This document shows, in pieces, positions 10,136 through 19,430 of a stretch of DNA of 64,000 bases; position 1 is the stretch's first letter; every line of letters starts with the position of its first letter. A program made the position numbers and the translations under genes. The notes under the pieces were generated by a model. The model saw only the letters and a list, made by a program, of their open reading frames with translations. It did no database searches and was not told where the DNA came from. The stretch covers positions 928,001 through 992,000 of the forward strand of contig OZ244732.1 in the NCBI GenBank assembly GCA_965219345.1, written 5' to 3'. Origin of the DNA: Nitrosopumilus sp. Its GTDB lineage: Archaea > Thermoproteota > Nitrososphaeria > Nitrososphaerales > Nitrosopumilaceae.

Positions 10136-10929
10136 CCAAGCTGGATGAATTAATTAATTGGTTTGAATCTAAAAACAAAGTAATAGTTGCACTTTCCGGT
10201 GGTGTTGATAGTGCACTTGTTGCTTATGCTGCCTTTCAAAAATTAGGAAATTCTGCAATTGCAGTTACTGCTGATTACAAAACTCTATCTGAGGAAGAAC
10301 TTCATTCTTCTAAACAAATATGCAGAGAGATAGGAATAAGACAACTTTTTTTGAACTATAATGAACTTGAAAATGAAGAATTTATCAAAAATGATTCAAA
10401 TCGCTGTTTTCATTGTAGAATGGAATTAGGAGATCATTTGATTGTATTGGCCAAAGAGCATAATGTTCGAGTAATAGTTGATGGAACCAATCTTGATGAT
10501 TTAGGTGAGTATAGGCCTGGGATTGAAGCTTTAAAACAACATGAAATCAGGAGCCCACTTGTAGAGACCAACTTTTCAAAATCAGAAGTTAGAGAATCTG
10601 CTAAATCTGTAGGACTATCTGTTTGTGACAAACCATCAAACTCTTGTTTGGCTTCCAGAATACCTTGGGGACAAAGAGTCACAGCGGAGAAATTAACTAG
10701 GATAGAATTTGGAGAAACAATTGTTAAGCAACTTACAAATGTAAAACAAGTTAGAGTTAGAGATCTTAACGGTAGTGCAAAAATTGAAGTTGACAAGGTT
10801 ATGATATCATTATTTGATGATGCTATTTTGAAAAAAATTACTAAAAAGTTGAAGATGATTGGATTTTCTGCAGTTGAAATTGATCGGGATGGATATAAAC
10901 CAGGAAAAATTAATGTGATTGTGGATTGA
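10132..10929 (+). CDS. larE: ATP-dependent sulfur transferase LarE
   Basis: SGGVDS PP-loop, RCFHC, DGTN, RPG, SCLASRIP. Confidence 0.92.
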   Translation: MTKLDELINWFESKNKVIVALSGGVDSALVAYAAFQKLGNSAIAVTADYKTLSEEELHSSKQICREIGIRQLFLNYNELENEEFIKNDSNRCFHCRMELGDHLIVLAKEHNVRVIVDGTNLDDLGEYRPGIEALKQHEIRSPLVETNFSKSEVRESAKSVGLSVCDKPSNSCLASRIPWGQRVTAEKLTRIEFGETIVKQLTNVKQVRVRDLNGSAKIEVDKVMISLFDDAILKKITKKLKMIGFSAVEIDRDGYKPGKINVIVD

Positions 10930-12095
10930 TTTATCTAGATAATGCAGCATCAACCCAAATTCATGAAGATGTTTTGAATTCAATGCTACCATACCTCAAA
11001 GAACAATATGGAAATCCATCATCTCTACATCGTTCTGGTAGATTAGCTCACAAGGCAATTGAAAAAGCTAGAAAACAGATTGCATCTCTAATTAATGCAG
11101 AACCTTCTGAAATTTTACTCACGTCAGGTGGTACTGAATCAAACAATACTGCATTAAGAGGAATTGCTATGAAAAATCCCTCCGGACAAATCATCACGTC
11201 TTCTATTGAACATGATGCAATTTTAGAACCATGTGAAAAATTGGCCCAAAATGGATTTTATATTGATTATCTTCCAGTAAATCGGCATGGTATGATAGAA
11301 TTCTCAGATCTAAAAAACCTTATTTCTGAAAAAACCAGTCTTGTCTCCATAATGTTTGGAAATAATGAAGTTGGCACTATCCAACCAATCTCTGAAATTT
11401 CTAAAATATGCAAAGAGCACAAAGTTCCTTTTCACACTGATGCCATACAAGCAGTTGGGAAAATTCCAATTGATGTCAAAGAATTAGGTATAGATTTACT
11501 GTCTATTTCCTCTCATAAACTCTATGGCCCTAAGGGAATAGGTGCATTATACATCAAAAATGATATCGATATTGTTCCTGTAATTTTAGGTGGAGGTCAA
11601 GAACATGGATTGCGTTCTGGAACAGAAAATGTTGCAAGCATTGCTGGATTTGGAAAGGCATGTGAAATTGCAAAAAATAATTTAAATGAAAATATCTCAC
11701 AAATGAAAAAACTACGGGACACTCTAGTTGAAAAAGTATTAAATGAAATTCCTGAAGTGATTTTGAATGGTCACTCTCAATCTAGATTGCCAAACAATGC
11801 TCATTTTACATTTCTTGGTGTTAATGGTGAGGATCTAATAATCAAACTTGATGAAAATGAAATTGCGGCATCCACAGGTTCTGCATGTTCTGTGAATACA
11901 CAAAAAGCCTCACATGTTTTACAAGCAATGGGATTTTCACATGAACAAATCACTGGTTCCTTGCGATTGACAATTGGAATTTTCAATAATCAAAAAGAAA
12001 TTGAACAAACAGTTAGTGTTCTCAAAAAAGCAGTCAAAGAACTTCGTTCAGTTTCTCCATACAAAGAAAAATATTCATTTGTTTCTAAAAGTTAA
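10926..12095 (+). CDS. iscS: Cysteine desulfurase
   Basis: YLDNAAST, SSHKLYGPKG, STGSAC. Confidence 0.93.
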   Translation: MIYLDNAASTQIHEDVLNSMLPYLKEQYGNPSSLHRSGRLAHKAIEKARKQIASLINAEPSEILLTSGGTESNNTALRGIAMKNPSGQIITSSIEHDAILEPCEKLAQNGFYIDYLPVNRHGMIEFSDLKNLISEKTSLVSIMFGNNEVGTIQPISEISKICKEHKVPFHTDAIQAVGKIPIDVKELGIDLLSISSHKLYGPKGIGALYIKNDIDIVPVILGGGQEHGLRSGTENVASIAGFGKACEIAKNNLNENISQMKKLRDTLVEKVLNEIPEVILNGHSQSRLPNNAHFTFLGVNGEDLIIKLDENEIAASTGSACSVNTQKASHVLQAMGFSHEQITGSLRLTIGIFNNQKEIEQTVSVLKKAVKELRSVSPYKEKYSFVSKS

Positions 12096-12895
12096 ATTTT
12101 AATTTGGAATTTATTTCTGGATGCCAGAATTATTGTTATGATACCTACAATCAGAATCATCATTGCAATAGTGCCAAATTCGGGAACTATGTAAGTTCCA
12201 ATAATTTCAATATCTGAATCTCCTTCTTCAAAATTAATTGTTATTACTCTGGAATCTGAATTTACTACTGACTCTTGATATGCAACTTCGATTCCGTCAA
12301 TGAGAATTATGAAAGTATCATCTTTACCATTTTGTTTTTCAGCACCTATGAATTCTCTAGGTAAATCTAACGAAATGGTTCCCTCATTTGTTGACTCTAT
12401 TTGTACTATTATTGCAAAAGTTTCAGGATCCACAGTCATGTCTTTAATGGTACCTCCTTTGACGGTATACTCTACATCAAATGTTCCCTGATTTCCTGCA
12501 TTAATTTCAAAAATGGTTGTGGTTTCAACTGACTCTGATTTTGGTGTATAATTAAATTCAGCTTCTGCAGTATTTCCTTCTCCATATGAAACCCTAATTA
12601 AATAATCACCAGAATTTTTCCATAATGGGCCTTCTGCAATTACTGTGTGTGAATAACTCCCATCTTGTGCTACTGTAATTTGTGCAATTTCTACTAGATT
12701 TTCTTCCAGAAAGAGCTGAAATGTAACAGGCGTACTTCCTATAACAATGGATATATTTCCTGAAACTACAATTATGTCTCCTTCAACATAGATATTATTG
12801 TCTGTTTGAACATCAATTAGAGATTCTTGTGCAAAAACTGTTCCAGTAGAAATAATTAGTAAAGCTACTATGCTATAAAATATTCTGATTTCCAC
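12092..12895 (-). CDS. PEFG-CTERM surface protein
   Basis: Signal peptide; VPEFG + TM + basic tail. Confidence 0.9.
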   Translation of the reverse strand: MEIRIFYSIVALLIISTGTVFAQESLIDVQTDNNIYVEGDIIVVSGNISIVIGSTPVTFQLFLEENLVEIAQITVAQDGSYSHTVIAEGPLWKNSGDYLIRVSYGEGNTAEAEFNYTPKSESVETTTIFEINAGNQGTFDVEYTVKGGTIKDMTVDPETFAIIVQIESTNEGTISLDLPREFIGAEKQNGKDDTFIILIDGIEVAYQESVVNSDSRVITINFEEGDSDIEIIGTYIVPEFGTIAMMILIVGIITIILASRNKFQIKI

Positions 12896-12964
12896 AAGTT
12901 TTCAAATACATGTTTGTATATTTCCTTTACTATCAAAAACAAAAAAATAAAAAAAGTTGTGATT

Positions 12965-13819
12965 TTAGTATCTTGGTATGATGCTAAGTCTTGATTTTGC
13001 AGAAATTGCAATTATTGAGATAATTGCTACTGCTAGAATCATGGCTGCAATTGTACCAAATTCTGGAATCACAAATGTACCAACAATTTCAATTTGCTCA
13101 GTGCCTGCTGGGAACATTACTGTTACTTTATTTGCAACAATTTCAACATCATCCCATTCTTCTCCATCAACCAGTACCATGAAGATACCTTTTTGGACTG
13201 TTTTAGATGGGGTTACAGTTAATGTCCCATCATCTTCAGAATTGATGCTAATGACAATTGAATTATCATTAGTATTGAGCATTGCACCAGTTACCATTCC
13301 ATCTGAAATACTGTATGGTATACATTGACCGCTAGCAGATATATCATTAACACCACATTGTTTGGGCGTTGGTTGTGATTTCTGTGGAATTCCACCAATT
13401 AATTCAACTTTTACTTTGTTACTTTTTTCAGCACTGCCATAGTTTACTTTAATGATATAGGTACCATCATATTTCCACAGCGCACCTGCTGTGTTTAAAG
13501 TAGTCTCAAAACTACCATCTTCTGCTACAGTGAGTTGATCAATTGTAACAATGGAGTTTAGTGGATTCACAACGGTAACTGTAATTGGAAATCCCGATAC
13601 ATGTGCTACTTGACCTTTTACCATAATCATGTCATTATGTCCATAAGCAGTTTCATCTGTCCAAACAGATACTGGTAGATCTTCTAGCAGCATCTCATGT
13701 GCTAGTGTTTTAGCATCTTCAGGATACATAGTGTGTCCATCTGCATATGCTGATGACATGGTTAAAGTAGCGACTGTAGTCAAAATGGCTAGTATCGCAA
13801 ACGACGTACGGCTGTTCAT
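12965..13819 (-). CDS. PEFG-CTERM surface protein
   Basis: Signal peptide; IPEFG + TM + basic tail. Confidence 0.9.
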   Translation of the reverse strand: MNSRTSFAILAILTTVATLTMSSAYADGHTMYPEDAKTLAHEMLLEDLPVSVWTDETAYGHNDMIMVKGQVAHVSGFPITVTVVNPLNSIVTIDQLTVAEDGSFETTLNTAGALWKYDGTYIIKVNYGSAEKSNKVKVELIGGIPQKSQPTPKQCGVNDISASGQCIPYSISDGMVTGAMLNTNDNSIVISINSEDDGTLTVTPSKTVQKGIFMVLVDGEEWDDVEIVANKVTVMFPAGTEQIEIVGTFVIPEFGTIAAMILAVAIISIIAISAKSRLSIIPRY

Positions 13820-13881
13820 CTTGTTGCGATTTACACCTGTCTCTATTTATGTATATTTAAAAAGAGAAAAAAGTTGTGATT

Positions 13882-14739
13882 TTAGTATCTTGGTATGATG
13901 CTAAGTCTTGATTTTGCAGAAATTGCAATTATTGAGATAATTGCTACTGCTAGAATCATGGCTGCAATTGTACCAAATTCTGGTATTACAGTACCATCTA
14001 TGACCTCTACTGTAACAGAAGCATTATATCTGTTATTGTCATTTTGGTATGCAGTTATAGTGTAGTCACCATCTTGTTTCCATAATGGCCCACCTGTGGT
14101 AAACACAGAAGTGAATTCTCCATTAGTATTTGGTACTACTTGATCAATAGATACTACATTTCCATTTGGTGAAGTCACAGTCAATGTAATAGCTTCATTC
14201 GTTCTGTCAGTAGATCCTGTAATCTCAATCGTTGTGGATCCTTCAACAGCATCTGCAGAAATTGTAAGTCCTGCATCTCTAGTATCCGTTGATGTGGTTG
14301 TTAGAATACCTCCTGTCTCTAAATTAGATTCAGTTACAGAAGTTTCTGCGGTCATTCCGCCGTTTACTTCAACAAGTATTGTTAAAGTATACAATGAATT
14401 TGCAACTACAGCTTGCATTGCTTTAATTTCATATACTCCATCTGCGGACCATCCTGAACCAACTTTGATTTCAGTTGAAAAGTCACCATTAACGTCTGGT
14501 GATATTTGATCGATAGCTACTATATTTCCATTTGGTGCAGTTACAGTCAATGTTACATCTGTAACATCTGAAGCTGTTGTTCCTGTAACCATAATAGTGT
14601 CAGAACCTTCATCCGCCATAGCTGTCAGGGACATTCCTAGACTTTGAGCAAAAACGTCTTGCTGAACTGAGGCCATTGATATTAATGACAGCGCCATAAT
14701 GGCTATTGCCATTGATGTTGTAGAACGTTTAAAATTCAT
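13882..14739 (-). CDS. PEFG-CTERM surface protein with two Ig-like repeats
   Basis: Signal peptide; internal domain duplication; IPEFG tail. Confidence 0.9.
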   Translation of the reverse strand: MNFKRSTTSMAIAIMALSLISMASVQQDVFAQSLGMSLTAMADEGSDTIMVTGTTASDVTDVTLTVTAPNGNIVAIDQISPDVNGDFSTEIKVGSGWSADGVYEIKAMQAVVANSLYTLTILVEVNGGMTAETSVTESNLETGGILTTTSTDTRDAGLTISADAVEGSTTIEITGSTDRTNEAITLTVTSPNGNVVSIDQVVPNTNGEFTSVFTTGGPLWKQDGDYTITAYQNDNNRYNASVTVEVIDGTVIPEFGTIAAMILAVAIISIIAISAKSRLSIIPRY

Positions 14740-14801
14740 CCTAATTCAATCCAGCTATCTTTGGTATTTATGTATATTTAAAAAGAGAAAAAAGATGAAA
14801 T

Positions 14802-15659
14802 TTAGTATTTTGGTATGATGCTAAGTCTTGATTTTGCAGAAATTGCAATTATTGAGATAATTGCTACTGCTAGAATCATGGCTGCAATTGTACCAAATTC
14901 TGGTATTACAAATGTACCGATTATTTCGATTTGTTCAGCACCTGCAGAGAATTCTATGGTAAGTGTTCTATCTGTTGATGAGGCAATTTCATCAAAGTCT
15001 ACCTCTTCGCCGTCAACTAAGACAAAGAAATCGTCATCTTCACCATTGAATGTTGCATCCAACACAGATCTAGGTATTGTGATAGTCAGTGAGCCATCGT
15101 CTGTAGCATCAATAGAAATGATCAGTGAATTCGCATCCACATCAGTCATGATACTTATGAGTTTTCCACCTGTAATCTCATATCCTATCAAATCAACAGA
15201 ACCTTGGACTGAAACTGTAGTATCAGTAACTATGGATTCTTCCATCACGGTTCCTCCGTCCATAGTTCCATCCATAGATCCGTCCATTAAACCGCCAAAT
15301 TCAAATGATGTTTCTGCTGATCGATTTGCATTTCCATATTGAGCTGTTATTATGTACGAGCCCTCTACTTTCATTAATGCTCCTCCAGCAGTAATTTCAG
15401 TGCTGAACTTCTTATCCGCACCAACATCAACTTGTGCTATTGATACCAAGTTCCCATTAGGAGCTTTAACAATAATACTTACTGGAACACCATACAGATC
15501 TTGAACTTCTCCTGTTACTAGAATCGTTTCACCCTCTGAATAGGATGCTTTGTCTGTAGTAACAACAATCGAGTTTTGTATTTGTCCAAATACTGGCGTC
15601 ATACCAATACTTACAATCAAAATTGCAGATAAGGCAAACACCGATAGATGAGTTTTCAT
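14802..15659 (-). CDS. PEFG-CTERM surface protein
   Basis: Likely start MKTHLS (15659); IPEFG tail. Confidence 0.9.
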   Translation of the reverse strand: MKTHLSVFALSAILIVSIGMTPVFGQIQNSIVVTTDKASYSEGETILVTGEVQDLYGVPVSIIVKAPNGNLVSIAQVDVGADKKFSTEITAGGALMKVEGSYIITAQYGNANRSAETSFEFGGLMDGSMDGTMDGGTVMEESIVTDTTVSVQGSVDLIGYEITGGKLISIMTDVDANSLIISIDATDDGSLTITIPRSVLDATFNGEDDDFFVLVDGEEVDFDEIASSTDRTLTIEFSAGAEQIEIIGTFVIPEFGTIAAMILAVAIISIIAISAKSRLSIIPKY

Positions 15660-15830
15660 CAATTTTACGCCTAAATTTACACTATTTAATGTTGTGAAAA
15701 AATTTATTGACAAAAAAGACTCTTTATGCCGAATTTCAGACTAGATATATATTAACCCGAACGTGAATTTTTGACAGTTTGTGTGTATTCTTTATTGTTA
15801 CATTTAATGTTCTTTGTGGAGGTGTTGTAG

Positions 15831-16082
15831 ATGGCAACTAAGAAAAATCAGGTTTTAGTCCCTGATCATATCTATGTGCCAAAACATGAAATTATTACCA
15901 AACAGGAAGCTGAAAAAGTTATAAAAAAATACAATTGTAAACCAACTGAATTACCTTTAATCTTTGTAAATGATCCTGCAATTTTGGGACTTGGTGTAAA
16001 ACCTGGTGATATGATTAAGATTACTAGGAAAAGTCCAACTGCTGGTGAGAGTCTCTATTACAGATATGTGGTGGAAGTATAG
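15831..16082 (+). CDS. rpoH: RNA polymerase subunit H
   Basis: VPKHEI, LP.I...DP, RKSPTAG...YRYV; GGAGGTG SD upstream. Confidence 0.96.
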   Translation: MATKKNQVLVPDHIYVPKHEIITKQEAEKVIKKYNCKPTELPLIFVNDPAILGLGVKPGDMIKITRKSPTAGESLYYRYVVEV

Positions 16083-19000
16083 ATGGTACATCCTTCTACA
16101 AAACGCTGGCCAGTAATTCAAGATATCTTAAAACGTGAAGGCATTGCACGTCAACATCTTAATTCTTTTGATGAATTTTTAGAACGAGGCCTTCAAAGTA
16201 TTATCAACGAAGTTAGCCAAATCGACATTGAAAACGCTGAATACCCTTACAAAATTCAACTAGGTAAAGTCAAACTGCAACAACCAAGAATGATGGAACT
16301 TGATGGTTCTATTACTCATATCACACCAGCTGAAGCAAGACTGAGAAATGTTTCATATTCTGCACCCGTAATGATGGAAGCTAGTGTTGTAGAAGATGGC
16401 AAAATTTTGGAATCTAGATTTGTTCATATTGGAGATGTTCCGGTTATGGCAAAATCAAACGCATGTATCTTACATAATTTCTCCACTCAAAAATTAGTTG
16501 AACACGGAGAAGATCCAAATGATCCAGGTGGTTATTTTATCATCAATGGTTCTGAGAGAGTCATTGTAGGATTAGAAGATCTTTCTTACAACAAAATTAT
16601 TGTTGATAGAGAAACTGTAGGTGGAAACATTGTTTTCAAGGCTAAAGTCTATTCATCAATTGTTGGTTATCGTGCAAAATTAGAACTTGTCATGAAAAAC
16701 GATGGATTAATTGTTGCTAGAATTCCTGGCTCCCCAGTTGATATCCCAGTTGTTACATTGATGCGAGCACTTGGATTAGAATCTGATAGAGAAATTGCTG
16801 CAGTAGTTTCATTGGTAGACGAAATTCAAGATGAATTGGAAGGTTCATTTGAAAAAGCAGGTGATGTTCCAACATCAAAAGATGCAATTGTTTACATCAG
16901 TAAAAGAATTGCACCTGGAATGTTAGAAGAATTCCAGATAAAACGTGCAGAGACTTTACTGGATTGGGGACTGTTACCACACTTGGGCAAACATCCTGAA
17001 AATAGAAAAGAAAAAGCCCAATTCCTAGGTGAAGCAGCTTGTAAACTATTAGAATTAAAACTTGGATGGATTTCTCCTGATGACAAAGACCACTATGGAA
17101 ACAAAGTCATAAAGTTTGCAGGACAAATGTTGGCAGACCTGTTTAGAACTGCGTTTAGAAATCTTGTTAGAGACATGAAATATCAATTAGAAAGATCAGG
17201 TCAAAAACGTGGAATTAATGCAGTTGCTGCAGCAATTCGTCCAGGAATAATTACTGATAAACTAAACAACGCTATTGCAACTGGAAATTGGGGAAGAGGA
17301 CGTGTTGGCGTTACCCAACTACTTGATAGAACCAATTACCTTTCAACAATTAGTCACCTTAGAAGAATTCAATCACCTCTAAGTAGAACTCAACCTAACT
17401 TTCAGGCTAGAGACTTGCATGCAACTCACTTTGGAAGAATCTGTCCAAGTGAAACCCCAGAAGGCTCGAATTGTGGTTTAGTGAAAAACTTGGCACTATC
17501 TGGAATTATTTCAGTTAATGTTCCCTCTGAAGAAATTGTAGAAAAACTCTATGAACTTGGAACAGTACATTTCTTTGATGCCAAAGAAGACTTGAAAAAA
17601 GATGGAACCAGAATATTTGTTGATGGTCGTCTAATTGGATATTATAAAGATGGTGAAGAACTATCCGAATCACTTAGAGATCTTCGAAGAAACTCAAAAA
17701 TTCATCCTCACGTAGGAATCTCATTTCATAAATCTGACGTTGATGTAGCCACAAGAAGACTTTATGTTAATTGTAATGCAGGACGTGTCTTACGACCGTT
17801 AATCATTATCAAAGATAACAAATCATTGCTAACACAAGAATTATTGGATAAAATTTCAAAGAAATTACTTTCTTGGACTGATCTTTTGAGAATGGGAGTC
17901 TTGGAAATGATTGATGCAAATGAAGAAGAAAACTGTTATGTTACTTTAGATGAAAAAGATACAAAAAAACACACTCACCTTGAAGTATTCCCACCAGCAA
18001 TTCTTGGTGCGGGTGCTTCAATCATTCCATACCCTGAACATAATCAGTCTCCAAGAAATACATATGAATCTGCAATGGCAAAACAAAGTTTAGGATTCTC
18101 TACACCAATGATGAATACAAGTACCTATGTTAGACAACACTTTATGCTATATCCACAAACCCCAATTGTTAACACTAAAGCAATGAAGCTTTTAGGATTA
18201 GAAGAGAGACCAGCTGGTCAGAATTGTGTTGTTGCAGTATTGCCATTTGATGGTTATAATATTGAAGATGCCATTGTACTTAGTAAAGCATCGGTTGATA
18301 GAGGCTTAGGAAGATCTTTCTTCTTTAGAATCTATGATGCTGAAGCAAAACAATACCCAGGTGGAATGCGTGATAACTTTGAGATTCCAAATGCTGAAGA
18401 TAACATTAGAGGTTACAAGGGAGAACGCGCATACAGACTGCTAGAAGAAGATGGAGTTGTTGCATCAGAGGCTCCAATCAAAGGAGGGGATATTTTGATT
18501 GGCAAAACTAGCCCACCACGATTTATGGAGGAATACCGAGAGTTTGAATCAATTGGTCCATACAGACGAGATACCTCTATTGGTGTAAGACCCTCTGAAA
18601 CAGGAGTTGTAGATACTATTGTTATGACACAATCAAACGAAGGTGGAAAAATGTACAAGATTAGAGCAAGAGACATGAGAATTCCTGAGATTGGTGATAA
18701 GTTTGCATCAAGACACGGACAAAAAGGTGTACTTGGAATTCTAGCTAAAGCAGAAGATTTACCATATACTGCAAATGGAATGTCCCCTGATGTTTTGATT
18801 AATCCTCATGCATTCCCCTCAAGAATGACAGTTGGAATGATGATGGAATCAATTTGTGGAAAAGCTGCAGCATTACGCGGAAAGCGATTTGATGGCTCTG
18901 CATTTGTAGGGGAAAAAATGGATGACGTTAAACCAATAATGGATGCACATGGTTTCAAATATTCTGGTAAAGAAATTATGTATGACGGAAGAACTGGAAA

Positions 19001-19430
19001 ATCATTCCCAGTTGAAGTCTTTATTGGGGTTGTATATTACCAAAAACTTCATCACATGGTTGCAGATAAAATCCACGCTAGAGCACGTGGACAAGTTCAG
19101 ATGTTAACCAAACAACCAACAGAAGGAAGAGCAAGAGGTGGTGGATTGAGATTTGGTGAAATGGAAAGAGACTGTTTGATTGCTTATGGTGCTTCAATGA
19201 TCCTAAAAGATAGATTGCTTGATGAGTCTGACAAATCTGATATCTTTGTCTGTGAAAGATGTGGTTTGGTAGCTTATCATGATGTTAAACAAAGAAAATA
19301 TGTTTGTAGAGTTTGTGGCGATAAAGCCAAAGTATCATCTGTATCAGTAGCATATGCGTTCAAATTACTCTTACAAGAAATGCAGAGTCTTAATGTTGCA
19401 CCACGATTACTAATCAAGGAGAAGGTCTAA
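16083..19430 (+). CDS. rpoB: RNA polymerase subunit B
   Basis: GDKFASRHGQKG, GGLRFGEMERD. Confidence 0.99.
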   Translation: MVHPSTKRWPVIQDILKREGIARQHLNSFDEFLERGLQSIINEVSQIDIENAEYPYKIQLGKVKLQQPRMMELDGSITHITPAEARLRNVSYSAPVMMEASVVEDGKILESRFVHIGDVPVMAKSNACILHNFSTQKLVEHGEDPNDPGGYFIINGSERVIVGLEDLSYNKIIVDRETVGGNIVFKAKVYSSIVGYRAKLELVMKNDGLIVARIPGSPVDIPVVTLMRALGLESDREIAAVVSLVDEIQDELEGSFEKAGDVPTSKDAIVYISKRIAPGMLEEFQIKRAETLLDWGLLPHLGKHPENRKEKAQFLGEAACKLLELKLGWISPDDKDHYGNKVIKFAGQMLADLFRTAFRNLVRDMKYQLERSGQKRGINAVAAAIRPGIITDKLNNAIATGNWGRGRVGVTQLLDRTNYLSTISHLRRIQSPLSRTQPNFQARDLHATHFGRICPSETPEGSNCGLVKNLALSGIISVNVPSEEIVEKLYELGTVHFFDAKEDLKKDGTRIFVDGRLIGYYKDGEELSESLRDLRRNSKIHPHVGISFHKSDVDVATRRLYVNCNAGRVLRPLIIIKDNKSLLTQELLDKISKKLLSWTDLLRMGVLEMIDANEEENCYVTLDEKDTKKHTHLEVFPPAILGAGASIIPYPEHNQSPRNTYESAMAKQSLGFSTPMMNTSTYVRQHFMLYPQTPIVNTKAMKLLGLEERPAGQNCVVAVLPFDGYNIEDAIVLSKASVDRGLGRSFFFRIYDAEAKQYPGGMRDNFEIPNAEDNIRGYKGERAYRLLEEDGVVASEAPIKGGDILIGKTSPPRFMEEYREFESIGPYRRDTSIGVRPSETGVVDTIVMTQSNEGGKMYKIRARDMRIPEIGDKFASRHGQKGVLGILAKAEDLPYTANGMSPDVLINPHAFPSRMTVGMMMESICGKAAALRGKRFDGSAFVGEKMDDVKPIMDAHGFKYSGKEIMYDGRTGKSFPVEVFIGVVYYQKLHHMVADKIHARARGQVQMLTKQPTEGRARGGGLRFGEMERDCLIAYGASMILKDRLLDESDKSDIFVCERCGLVAYHDVKQRKYVCRVCGDKAKVSSVSVAYAFKLLLQEMQSLNVAPRLLIKEKV

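Noticed and set aside
12978-15342. Plus-strand ORFs opposite the PEFG-CTERM genes
   Set aside because: Antisense shadows with no recognisable motifs
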